From Candidatus Lutacidiplasma silvani (GTDB lineage Archaea; Thermoplasmatota; Thermoplasmata; Lutacidiplasmatales; UBA184), in contig JAKIVZ010000001.1 in the NCBI GenBank assembly GCA_022750295.1, forward strand, positions 5,651 through 69,650: a stretch of 64,000 nt of DNA, read 5' to 3'. The notes beneath the pieces were generated by a model. It saw only the letters and a program-made list of their open reading frames with translations. It was not told the origin of the DNA and made no database searches. The stretch's first letter is position 1. The number at the start of each line of letters is the position of its first letter. The translations under genes were made by a program, and so were the position numbers. This document shows, piece by piece, positions 29,148 to 38,174 of this stretch.

Positions 29148-30032
29148 CTACGGCGGCAGGCCGACCCGCTCGGAGCACAGCTCCCATAGCCGGCGGGCGA
29201 CGGCTTCGTCGTACGACTCCCGCGAGGAGCGGACCGCCCGGGACTTGTCGAAGTACTCTCCCGTCGTCCCCTCGACCTGGGGGGACGTGGCGAGGTACAC
29301 CGGGGTCTCGGCCCCCCGGGCCGGGGAGATCCCCGAGACGCGGGCGAAGAATCGGATGAGGGCGGCCATCCCGCCCCCGTTGTTCTGGCCGAAGCCGGAG
29401 CGGACGAACCCCGGGTGGAGCGCGTTCACGGCGACCCGCTCCCCGGTCCACCGCCGGGCGAACTCGTGCGTCAGGAGGATCACGGCCAGCTTCGAGCGGC
29501 CGTAGGTGCCGAATCCGGAGTACTTTCGGCGGGCCTCGAGGTCGTCGAGGTCGAGCTTCGTCCCCGAGTGCGCCGCCGAGGCGACCTGCACCACCCGGGA
29601 CGGCGACGCCGCCCGGAGCCGGTCGTGGAGAAGGCGGGTCAGGAGGAACGGGGTGAGGACGTTGAGGGCGAACGTCCGTTCGATCCCCTCCGATGTCTCC
29701 TCGCGCTTCGCGTAGTAGGCGCCCGCGTTGTTCACGAGCACGTTCAACGTCGGGTACCCGTCGCCGAGCTCCGTCGCGAGTCGGCGAACGTCGGCGAGGA
29801 GGGCGAGGTCCGCGACATGGGTGGCGATGCGGGCGGGCCGGGCGGACGCCCCGAGGGATCCCGCCAGCGCTGCGAGCTTGGCCGGGTCCCGGCCGACGAG
29901 GACCAGCGTCTCGACCCGGGGGGCCAGGGCGCGGGCGGTCGCCTCGCCGATCCCCGAGGTCGCCCCCGTCACGACGACGGTCCGGGGCGCGAAGGCGGTC
30001 GGGTCGGATGCGGCGGGGAACGGTTCGGTCAT
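29148..30032 (-). CDS. Short-chain dehydrogenase/reductase (retinol-dehydrogenase-like)
   Basis: TGATSGIG, NNAG, YGRSK, HPGFV. Confidence 0.92.
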   Translation of the reverse strand: MTEPFPAASDPTAFAPRTVVVTGATSGIGEATARALAPRVETLVLVGRDPAKLAALAGSLGASARPARIATHVADLALLADVRRLATELGDGYPTLNVLVNNAGAYYAKREETSEGIERTFALNVLTPFLLTRLLHDRLRAASPSRVVQVASAAHSGTKLDLDDLEARRKYSGFGTYGRSKLAVILLTHEFARRWTGERVAVNALHPGFVRSGFGQNNGGGMAALIRFFARVSGISPARGAETPVYLATSPQVEGTTGEYFDKSRAVRSSRESYDEAVARRLWELCSERVGLPP

Positions 30033-30060
30033 TCGAGGGGAGACGCCGCGCACTACGACG

Positions 30061-31131
30061 TCAAGGAGTTTGCGGAGGCGGACCGGAGCCGCCGGGGCCG
30101 AACGCCGGGCCCGTGACCGCGACCTTGACCGCCTCGTCCGGTCGGCCGGCAAGGGCGAACGCCTCCGGAAGCCGGGCGAGCGGGACCGTGTGGGTCACGA
30201 TCCCCCCCACGTCGAGTTTTCCGCCCACGAGGAGCGCATGGACGTCGGCGATCTCCCGCTCGGTGGTCGCGTACGTCGGGATGACGCGGACCCCCCGGAG
30301 ATAGAGCTCCTGGAGGTCGGCCCCGAGCGTGCCCCCCGACTCCGGAAGGCCGAACAGGTTCATCGTGCCGGCCCGCCGGGCGAGACGGGTCGCCAGAGCG
30401 ATCGCGGGCGGGGCGCCGGTCGCCGCGACGGCCAGGTCGACCCCGCGGCCGCCGGTCGCGTCCGCGACCAGTCGGTCGAGGGCCGCGGGCTCCCGGGGGT
30501 CGACGGCCGCCGCGAACCCCGACCGGACCGCGGTGGCCCTCCGGAGCGGGGCGATCTCGGCGCCCGCGACCCAGGAAGCGCCGAGCGATATCGCGACGAG
30601 GCCGTAGAGGATCCCGACCGGGCCGAGACCGACCACGAAGACCGAGTCGCCGGGCCGGAACCCGACCCGACGGAGCGCGGTGAGCGCGCAACCGGCGGGC
30701 TCGAGGAGCGTCCCCGCCTCCCACCCGACCGACCGGTCGAGCCGGAGGACCGCCGACCGGTCGACGTTCTCCGCGGGGACGCGGAACCGGTCGGAGAACC
30801 CGCCCGGGTCAAGGTTGGTCGACGCGTACGTCGGGCAGAACGTGAGGTCGCCCCGCCGGCACACCTCGCACGTGAGGCACGGGACGTGATGGTGGACGAA
30901 CACCCGGTCCCCGACGCGGAGCCCCGCGACGCCGGAACCGACCGCGTCGACGACGCCCACCGGTTCGTGGCCGATCTTCCCGGCGGTCCGGTAGTTCCCC
31001 CGGAGCTTCTCGAGGTCGGTCCCGCAGACGCCGCACGCGGCGAGCCGGACGACGACTTCGCCGGACCCGGCGACCGGGTCCGGCGCCTCCTCGACGACGA
31101 CGGCGCCGCCGCTCAGACGGCCGACGTTCAT
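30061..31131 (-). CDS. Zinc-dependent alcohol/polyol dehydrogenase
   Basis: CGVCGTD, GHE, C..C..C.......C structural Zn site, GLGPVG. Confidence 0.9.
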   Translation of the reverse strand: MNVGRLSGGAVVVEEAPDPVAGSGEVVVRLAACGVCGTDLEKLRGNYRTAGKIGHEPVGVVDAVGSGVAGLRVGDRVFVHHHVPCLTCEVCRRGDLTFCPTYASTNLDPGGFSDRFRVPAENVDRSAVLRLDRSVGWEAGTLLEPAGCALTALRRVGFRPGDSVFVVGLGPVGILYGLVAISLGASWVAGAEIAPLRRATAVRSGFAAAVDPREPAALDRLVADATGGRGVDLAVAATGAPPAIALATRLARRAGTMNLFGLPESGGTLGADLQELYLRGVRVIPTYATTEREIADVHALLVGGKLDVGGIVTHTVPLARLPEAFALAGRPDEAVKVAVTGPAFGPGGSGPPPQTP

Positions 31132-32522
31132 CCGCGGCGCCGGGCCGCGGAGATCGAGGCGTCGAGGATCTCGACCGCCTCGTCGATCTCCTCGCGACGG
31201 ACGATGAGCGGGGGAATGTACCGGATCGACGATTTGCCGCACGGCAGGAGGAGGAGCCCCCGGCGGTACGCCTCTTCGACGACGCGGTCCTTGAGGACGA
31301 CGTTCGGGGTCTTGTCGGACGCCGACGCGACGAACTCGGTCGCGACCATGAGGCCGAGACCCCGGACGTCGCCGATCTCCTCGTGCTTCGACTGCAGTTC
31401 CTTCAGGCGGTGCATCAGGTGCTCGCCCTGGATCCGGGAGTTCTCGAGCAGCTTCTCCCGCTCGATCACGTCGAGCGTGGCGAGGGCACCGGCGACCGCG
31501 ACGAGGTTGCCGCCGAACGTGTTCGAGTGGGCCCCCTGGTGCGGGTAGTCGAGGTCCTTCCGCGCGATCATCGCGCCGATCGGCAGCCCGCTCCCGAGCG
31601 CCTTCGCGGTCGTCACGATGTCGGGGACGACGCCGTGGTGCTCGATCGCGAACCACTTGCCGGTCCGTCCGAAGCCGGCCTGGACCTCGTCGTCGATGAA
31701 CAGGATCCCGTTCTCGTCGCAGATCGACTTGATCTCCTTGTGCCAGCCGGGGGGTGGCACGACGTACCCGCCCTCGCCCATCACCGGCTCGGCGATGAAC
31801 GCGGCGACGTCGTCCGGCGGGATCGACGTCTCGAAGTAGAGCTCCTTCAGGATCTTCGCGCAGTAGAGGTCACAGCTCGGGTACTCGAGCTGGTACGGGC
31901 ACCGGAAGCAGTTCGGGGCCGGGATGTGGTGGCCCCCGCCGGCGAACGGCTGGAACCGGGCCCGCTGGGTGAGCTTCGAGGCGGTCATCGTGAGCGACCC
32001 CATCGTCCGTCCGTGGAACGCCCCGAGCAGCCCGATCGTGATCGGGCGCTGGCGGTGCCAGCGGGCGAGCTTGAGGGCCGCCTCGACGCTCTCGGTCCCG
32101 CTGTTGGTGTAGAACACCTTCTTCGCGAACGACCCCGGGACGATCTGGGTCAGCCGTTCGGCGAGCCGGACCTGGCTCTCGTAGTAGAAGTCGGTCCCGG
32201 CGAAATGCATCAGCTCCCCCGCCTGCTTCTGGATCGCCCGGACGACGTCGGGGTGGCAGTGGCCGGTGTTGACGACGCCGACCCCGCTCGTGAAGTCGAG
32301 GATCCGGTTGCCGTCCACGTCGGTCACCCAGACCCCGGAGGCGCTCGCGGCGGCGACCGGCGACGTCTTCGTGCTCTTCATGAGGTACCGGTCGTCGCCC
32401 GCGACGATCTTCTTCGCCTTCGGGCCGGGGATCGGCGTCACGATCCGGACGCCCCGGAGGGGGGTCGCCTCGTCGCGGGGGACCGCCGGGGGAACGGACG
32501 CCTTCGCACTCGTGGCTGGCAT
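31128..32522 (-). CDS. Class III PLP aminotransferase (4-aminobutyrate/acetylornithine-like)
   Basis: NSGTESVE, FHGRT, DEVQAGFGRTG, AKALG, TFGGN. Confidence 0.93.
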   Translation of the reverse strand: MPATSAKASVPPAVPRDEATPLRGVRIVTPIPGPKAKKIVAGDDRYLMKSTKTSPVAAASASGVWVTDVDGNRILDFTSGVGVVNTGHCHPDVVRAIQKQAGELMHFAGTDFYYESQVRLAERLTQIVPGSFAKKVFYTNSGTESVEAALKLARWHRQRPITIGLLGAFHGRTMGSLTMTASKLTQRARFQPFAGGGHHIPAPNCFRCPYQLEYPSCDLYCAKILKELYFETSIPPDDVAAFIAEPVMGEGGYVVPPPGWHKEIKSICDENGILFIDDEVQAGFGRTGKWFAIEHHGVVPDIVTTAKALGSGLPIGAMIARKDLDYPHQGAHSNTFGGNLVAVAGALATLDVIEREKLLENSRIQGEHLMHRLKELQSKHEEIGDVRGLGLMVATEFVASASDKTPNVVLKDRVVEEAYRRGLLLLPCGKSSIRYIPPLIVRREEIDEAVEILDASISAARRRG

Positions 32523-32632
32523 GGTGGCCCGCCGAACGCGGCCCCGCCCAAAAGGGTTGGCGGCCGTCGCCCCGGAGTCGCGCCGATGGACCATCCGGCT
32601 TTAAGGTCGGGTCGTCCGCTCGACGCGGCGAG

Positions 32633-32920
32633 ATGGATTCCGAGGAGCGAGGTCCCCGCCGCCGGGAGGCGTGGACGACGCTTCCGCTCGACGACGTGGT
32701 CCCGGCCCGCGCGGTGCTCACCGAGCTGGCCCGCGGCTTCCTGATGGTCCACGAGTCCGACCCGGACCACGCCCGACGGTTCGCCCAGACGTTCCTGCGC
32801 GAGCAGTCCGGTCCTCCCCCGGAGTCGCGCGTCGCGCCGGCCGAACGCCTCGCGTCCGTCCGGCGGGGCGTGACCACGGCGCTGCGGGAGCCGCTCCCTC
32901 CCCGCCCGTTCGACCCGTAG
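32633..32920 (+). CDS. Hypothetical protein
   Basis: TTTAAG at 32600-32605, about 30 bp upstream of the ATG; typical codon bias. Confidence 0.6.
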   Translation: MDSEERGPRRREAWTTLPLDDVVPARAVLTELARGFLMVHESDPDHARRFAQTFLREQSGPPPESRVAPAERLASVRRGVTTALREPLPPRPFDP

Positions 32921-32951
32921 CGGCGGAGTGCCGTCGTTTCCGGGCTCGCGC

Positions 32952-33356
32952 TTAGAGGATCGGTCGAACGATCGTCACGGTGACCTGGGTGGGCTCCCCG
33001 GCCACTCCCCCGAAGCTGCACGCCGTGGTCCCGCCCAGCGAGATGAAGGTGTAGCTCCCGGTGCTGCCGACGAGGGTGGCGCTTCCGTTGGTCGCGAGGA
33101 AGCACGGGGTGATCACGGTCTGGGGCTGCGGGGGGGAACTCCAGGCGATCGTGACCCGCGACTCCCACGAGGAGTTGAACTCGAGCCGCTCCCCGCAGTT
33201 GGGGCCGACGTTGTCGGTCCCGGCGCACGGGTTTGTGAGCGAGTAGCTCCGGCTGCTCGAATTGACGGGAACGGTCGCAAGGACGATGAGGACCGCCACG
33301 ACGCCGAGCGTGGCCGCGATCCCAACCCAGAGGAACCGCTTGGCCCGCCGGGACAT
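32952..33356 (-). CDS. Small membrane-anchored secreted protein (4 Cys)
   Basis: Basic N-terminus and TM helix, then a Ser/Thr-rich beta domain. Confidence 0.6.
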   Translation of the reverse strand: MSRRAKRFLWVGIAATLGVVAVLIVLATVPVNSSSRSYSLTNPCAGTDNVGPNCGERLEFNSSWESRVTIAWSSPPQPQTVITPCFLATNGSATLVGSTGSYTFISLGGTTACSFGGVAGEPTQVTVTIVRPIL

Positions 33357-33699
33357 CGGAGGGCTGTCCGCGGGCGGCTCCACGACCCGGAGTCCCGTTC
33401 CCGCCTCAAGAAGCTTCCTTCCGAAATTGGGAACTCTCCCGAGGAGACCCTCCGCCGGCTGGCGTACGCTCGTAGAGGTCGGAACTCGGCCGGATTCGTG
33501 CTGAGGGCCCCGTGCCGCCCGGCTTCTCGGGGAGTGCCGACCCAATTCGAACGGCTTACTCTGGGCCGACCGTCGAGCTCGCTCAGATTCCCCTGGGAAA
33601 GGCGGTAGCGGGGCCCCTCCCTTGCCGGGAACCCAGCGAGCCAGCCGAGGAGGCGGGTTCGGCCGGAGGCCCCGGCCCCCGTCGCAACGTCGAACGGAA

Positions 33700-34402
33700 A
33701 CGTCCCAACGTCGTTCAACGACCCAAGCCGGGCAATAAACCGCTCCCACCGTCGAGTCTCTTCCAACGCTCCCGTTCGGCTCAGACCCGCCGACCGAGCG
33801 TCCAAGAAAATCTTCCGACTCTGGAGCCGATCCGGAATTCCCTGGAGACGCGCGACAAGTTCGGGAGTTTGGTGCCGTTCGAGCGTCCTCCAGACCTCCG
33901 AAAAATCGACGGGCTCCTCGGAGATCGCGAAGAGGTCGGACACGTCCTGGTCCCGCGCCGCCACGAGCTTGAGCCCCCACAGTGCCTCCGGGCGACAGAC
34001 CACCACCTCGCCCTCGGTCGAGCCGTTGATCAGCTCCAGCCCCCACCGGCGGCCGTGGTCGGAGATCGCCCGCTCCGGGATCGATACCCCGGTCCCGCGG
34101 TCTCGGAGCCGCCCCGCCATTCCGTCGACGCTCACGTCGCCATTGTCCGACGTCAGGGCGTCAGCGAATGTCGGATGTCCCCTCGTGGTCCTCCGCGTCC
34201 GCACGCGGAATCCCCGGTCGCTCCGCCAGCGCACCAGCGCATCCCTCGATTTCGCGGGGGCGACGAAATCCAGGTCCTGCGAGTACCCCGGTTTGCCGTA
34301 CGCGGCGACGGCCTACCCACCGATGAGACCCCCGCCGAGGTTCCAGGGCTACGCCTCCAAGAGTACCGTCGCCGATCGGTCGCGCCGCCGACGGTCGATC
34401 AC
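33700..34402 (-). pseudogene. Nucleotidyltransferase-fold toxin (AbiEii/DUF6036-like) with two in-frame TAG stops; 3' end approximate
   Basis: From GTG 34402 reads VIDRRRRDRSATVLLEA*PWNLGGGLIGG*AVAAYGKPGYSQDLDFV, continuing in frame to 'LWGLKLVAARDQDVSDL'; TAGs at 34349-34351 and 34313-34315. Confidence 0.7.
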
Positions 34403-34958
34403 GGATCAAATCGACTGCGCTCGCATACGTCGACGGGGCCGAACGGACGAGCGCCTCCGTGGAATCCCGCGAAATCACCGGTTCTCCCCGCACGAGTACG
34501 GGAGTGAGCTCGCTAACCGGCCAGAGCCGCACGACCGCGCCGACGCGCTTCCGCCCCTTCGTGGAGACTCCGGCCGTTCGGAGGTACCGTTCCCATCCAA
34601 GGCGGTCGCCAGGTCGGATCGCCACGTGGAACTCTCGCACGTAGGGCGAAGCCGAAACGAAGTACCGATTGCGAGTCCATGCCTCGACCGCCGAAGCGCC
34701 GGTCCAAGCTTTGGGAAACGGGGCCGAGAGGACGATGGCCTTCACCCGAGCCCACTCGGCCGGACGAAGGTCGGGCCGCTCCGTGGGAAGGAGAAACCGG
34801 TATCGCCCACGCCCCGTGCGGGCGACGACCCCTCGGCGTTTCAGCTCCCCGAGAGTCTTCGCGGCCCGAGGCGTCCCGATTCGCCGCGCAAACTCTCCCG
34901 TGGAGAACTCGCGGTCTCCAAAGAACCGCGTTCCGATGTTCTCGTACGTGAGCGCCAT
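34161..34958 (-). CDS. AbiEi-like antitoxin/regulator (N-terminal wHTH); C-terminus probably extended by loss of the stop
   Basis: 'EFSTGEFARR...LGELKRRG.V.R.GRG.Y' wHTH, 'AWTGASAV', 'GEPVISR'; directly upstream of the NTase pseudogene. Confidence 0.65.
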   Translation of the reverse strand: MALTYENIGTRFFGDREFSTGEFARRIGTPRAAKTLGELKRRGVVARTGRGRYRFLLPTERPDLRPAEWARVKAIVLSAPFPKAWTGASAVEAWTRNRYFVSASPYVREFHVAIRPGDRLGWERYLRTAGVSTKGRKRVGAVVRLWPVSELTPVLVRGEPVISRDSTEALVRSAPSTYASAVDLIRDRPSAARPIGDGTLGGVALEPRRGSHRWVGRRRVRQTGVLAGPGFRRPREIEGCAGALAERPGIPRADAEDHEGTSDIR

Positions 34959-34959
34959 G

Positions 34960-34976
34960 TTCCGATAATATCGGAA
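34960..34976. promoter_or_regulatory. Perfect palindrome TTCCGATA-A-TATCGGAA, putative autoregulatory operator
   Basis: 8-bp inverted repeat immediately upstream of the antitoxin start codon. Confidence 0.6.
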
Positions 34977-35072
34977 TTTGTACTGAATGAATCCGGAATG
35001 TCGCGGGGAACTTTCGCGGGGTTGGAGGGCGAGTTCGCCGCACGGTCGCGGCGGAGCTTCGACGCGGGCCCG

Positions 35073-36035
35073 CTACCGACGGCGACGACGGACCTCGAGG
35101 TACGCCGCGAGGTCGTCCGGGAACGTCCGGCGGGTCAAGCCGATCCGGACCCCCAACGGAGTTCCGAAGAATGAGCCCGGACAGACGAGCACGCTCGCCC
35201 GGAGCGCACGTCGGGCGAGCCGGTCCCCGTCCACGCCGCGGTCAAACCACACGGGGGCTCCGAGGGGCGGAAGGTCGGGGAACGACTCGCGGAGGCGGGC
35301 CTGATTCGCGCGGAGGATCGCGCGGGCCTCGCCGATGACGGACGCGCGGTCGCGCAGAAGGGCGAGCGCCGCGGCGACCGATGGGGGCGCGACCCGGTCG
35401 GCCACGTAGCCGTGGAACCGTGCGAATTCGGCGACCCCCTCGGGGGGCGCCACGATGAACCCGACGCGAATGTCGTCCGCTCCGAACGCCTTCGTGAAGC
35501 TCCCCGTGACCCAGAGGCCGGCCCGCCGTTCGCCGGCCGCGGAGGGCCGTCCCGAGAATTCGCGGAACGTTTCGTCGACCAGGATCGCCCGGCTCCCCTC
35601 GGCCAGGTCGTCGAGCTCGCCCGGCCCCACGGCGGTCCCCAGGGGATTCCGGGGAGCCGAGACCGCGACGGCCTCCGTGCGGTCCCCGGGTCCTACGAGA
35701 CGAAATCCCGCGAGTTCGGCCGTGGCCGGGATGGGGGGGTACTCGGGGGGCTCGACCCGAAGGCGAGGCCCCGCGCGACCCTTCGTCCGAAGAGTTCTCG
35801 CAAGGTGGTGGAGGACCTGGGCGTTCCCCTCCGTGGCCCCGTGGGTGAGGAACACGGCGGACGGCGGGGCCCCCACGAGGCGCCCGAGGGTCGCCCGGAG
35901 CCGGTCGGGGTCGGGCACCGGAAGGTGGCGGAGGGAGCGCGCGTAGGATCGGAGCGACCCTTTCATCCCGCTCTGCCCGAGGTTGTGGCGGACTCCGGCG
36001 TGCGTGTCGATCCACTCACCCAGGGGGAACGGCAT
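35073..36035 (-). CDS. Class I/II PLP-dependent aminotransferase (HisC/CobD-like)
   Basis: THGATEG, NP.G, VDETF, SFTKAFG...R.G. Confidence 0.85.
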   Translation of the reverse strand: MPFPLGEWIDTHAGVRHNLGQSGMKGSLRSYARSLRHLPVPDPDRLRATLGRLVGAPPSAVFLTHGATEGNAQVLHHLARTLRTKGRAGPRLRVEPPEYPPIPATAELAGFRLVGPGDRTEAVAVSAPRNPLGTAVGPGELDDLAEGSRAILVDETFREFSGRPSAAGERRAGLWVTGSFTKAFGADDIRVGFIVAPPEGVAEFARFHGYVADRVAPPSVAAALALLRDRASVIGEARAILRANQARLRESFPDLPPLGAPVWFDRGVDGDRLARRALRASVLVCPGSFFGTPLGVRIGLTRRTFPDDLAAYLEVRRRRR

Positions 36036-36131
36036 GGCCGGGGCCCCCCGGGGCCAGGAGCGAGAAAACCGTTCCCCCAGGCCCTCGCGTGGACCGGCAG
36101 GTATTTCGCGCGGGGGAAGCGAGCCCCCGGC

Positions 36132-36602
36132 GTGGCGTCCGTCCCACCCCAACGTCCCGAGCGGATCCTCCGGGATTCCGCCCGATGGTTCTCGGAGGGG
36201 GCGGCGCTGAAGCGGGCCGCCCGCCGGGACCGGCGGTGCGTGGCCTGTTCCGAGGCGCTCGAGAGCCGCCGCACGCCCTACTGCTCGCGACTCTGCCAGT
36301 GGCGGTTCCAGGCCGGCTACTTCTGGGACGCCGCCCGGACCTACGCGATCCACCGGGACCGGTTCACCTGTCGGGCGTGCGCCCGAAGGTTCCGCGTCGG
36401 CCAGCTCGAGGTCGACCATATCGTGGAGATCGCGCGGGGCGGAGCCCCGCTCGACCCGGCGAACCTCCAGACCCTCTGCCGGGGGTGCCACCGCTCCAAA
36501 ACCCGGGCGTTCCTTCGCGGCCGGGCACGTCGTGGGGGTGGCGCGGCCCCCCGCTCCGAGGGGCCGGGGACGTTCGACCTCGCCGACTGGTTCCCGGCGT
36601 AG
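36132..36602 (+). CDS. HNH endonuclease with N-terminal zinc finger
   Basis: CVAC..YCS..C; RD.FTC..C; EVDHI...GG......NLQTLC..CH..KT. Confidence 0.88.
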   Translation: MASVPPQRPERILRDSARWFSEGAALKRAARRDRRCVACSEALESRRTPYCSRLCQWRFQAGYFWDAARTYAIHRDRFTCRACARRFRVGQLEVDHIVEIARGGAPLDPANLQTLCRGCHRSKTRAFLRGRARRGGGAAPRSEGPGTFDLADWFPA

Positions 36603-36668
36603 AGGTCGCGCCCACCGTCGGCGTCCGCGAGCGTTTAGTAGCAGTCCCGAGCTATTCGAACTTCGACC

Positions 36669-37979
36669 GTGGCCGACGGAACTCCGGAGCCGGCTCCCGG
36701 CGGCGCCGCACGTCCTTCCCCCTCGGGGGACCCGACCGCGGAGTTCACCGTCGCGGACCTCGAAGCCCTCCTGCCGCCCCGCACGGGACGGAAGGAGATG
36801 TGGAAGGCCGTCGGCATCGTCGCCGTGATCGTCGTGGTCACGCTCGCGTTCGGGTGGTACGCGGGGTGGTTCGCGGCCGCCAAGCCGTCACTGGCCCCGC
36901 CGTGCCCGACCGCGCTCGCCATCAACGGAGCCGGATCGGCGTCGGTCGCCCCCGTGGTGGCCGCGTGGGAGAACTCGCTCGGCGCCTCCACCGGCTGTTT
37001 CCAGATCGGTTACATCGGGTCCGGTAGCGCGACCGGTCTTGCCGGACTGATGACCCGAAACGTCGACTACCTCGCGACCGATAGTCCGCTGAACGCGACC
37101 GAGTTCGCCGCCCTCCCGGACCCCGTCGTCACGCTCCCCGTTGCCCTGGTCGGGATCGCGATCACGTACAACCTCCCCGGCGTCGGCTCCGGGCTCGATC
37201 TCGACGGTCCGGTCCTCGCTGGGATTTACCTCGGTACGATCGTACAATGGAACGACCCCGCGATCGCCAACCTCAACCCCGGGACGTCGCTCCCGGCGAC
37301 CGCCATCGTTCCGGTCCACCTGAGCGACCCGGGGGGCACGACTCGCGTGTTCTCGGAGTACCTCGCGGCCCAGAACTCCACCTGGAATACCACGACCGCG
37401 GGAGGGGCGAACCCGTCGTGGCCGGTCGGGGTCGCCGCCCCCTCGGACTCGGCCCTCGCCGAGGCCGTCGCGGGGACGATCGGGGAAGTCGGGTACGCGG
37501 CGTGGGGTGCGACCGTGAACGCGCACACCACGGTGGCCGCCCTGCCATCGGAGAGCGGAGGGTACGTCCTCCCCAGCTCGACGAGCATCTCGTCGGCGAC
37601 CCCGACCCCGTCGAGCCTTCCGTCCGGGAATACGAGCTGGGCCGGAGTCTCCCTCCTCGACCGACCGGCGTCCGGGGCGTACCCGGTGACGGCGTTCTCC
37701 TACCTGATCACCTACGCGAACACCGGCGCCGCGTTCGGGACGAATTTCAGCTACAGCGCGGCCGACTGGCTCGCGTTCTTCTTCATCTGGGCGTCCCTGC
37801 ACGGGATGAACGCGACGACGCCGCTGTCGTTCGTCCCGATCTCCAACCTCCAGTCGACCGCGGACATCCAGACGCTCGAGATGATGAATTACAACGGGAT
37901 CCACCTGACGTCCGACATCGACAAGGACCACGACCCCGGCGGGACGTACGACCCGTACTTCCTCCCCCGGACCTCGTGA
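36669..37979 (+). CDS. PstS-like substrate-binding protein, membrane-anchored, divergent
   Basis: GAGS, GSGS..G, YNLPG, IYLG.I..WNDP.I..LNPG, GAYP; no pstCAB adjacent. Confidence 0.8.
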   Translation: MADGTPEPAPGGAARPSPSGDPTAEFTVADLEALLPPRTGRKEMWKAVGIVAVIVVVTLAFGWYAGWFAAAKPSLAPPCPTALAINGAGSASVAPVVAAWENSLGASTGCFQIGYIGSGSATGLAGLMTRNVDYLATDSPLNATEFAALPDPVVTLPVALVGIAITYNLPGVGSGLDLDGPVLAGIYLGTIVQWNDPAIANLNPGTSLPATAIVPVHLSDPGGTTRVFSEYLAAQNSTWNTTTAGGANPSWPVGVAAPSDSALAEAVAGTIGEVGYAAWGATVNAHTTVAALPSESGGYVLPSSTSISSATPTPSSLPSGNTSWAGVSLLDRPASGAYPVTAFSYLITYANTGAAFGTNFSYSAADWLAFFFIWASLHGMNATTPLSFVPISNLQSTADIQTLEMMNYNGIHLTSDIDKDHDPGGTYDPYFLPRTS

Positions 37980-38063
37980 GGAACGGGCCGGTCCGCCTCC
38001 CGGATCCCCCCCGGAACCCCGGGGTGCCGGCCGTCGGGCCCGAGGAGCGCCGGCGGGTCGGGC

Positions 38064-38077
38064 ACGTATATATACGC
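38064..38077 (+). promoter_or_regulatory. TATA box inside palindrome CGTATATATACG
   Basis: Strong AT island upstream of the polyferredoxin membrane gene. Confidence 0.5.
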
Positions 38078-38174
38078 CGTCACGGAATCTCTTCGTAGGG
38101 GAGCCCGGCCGACGGGCTTTCTCTTCGAGGCGACGAGTACGGGAGCAGCGGTCGCCCTCGATCCGACGCTCGCC

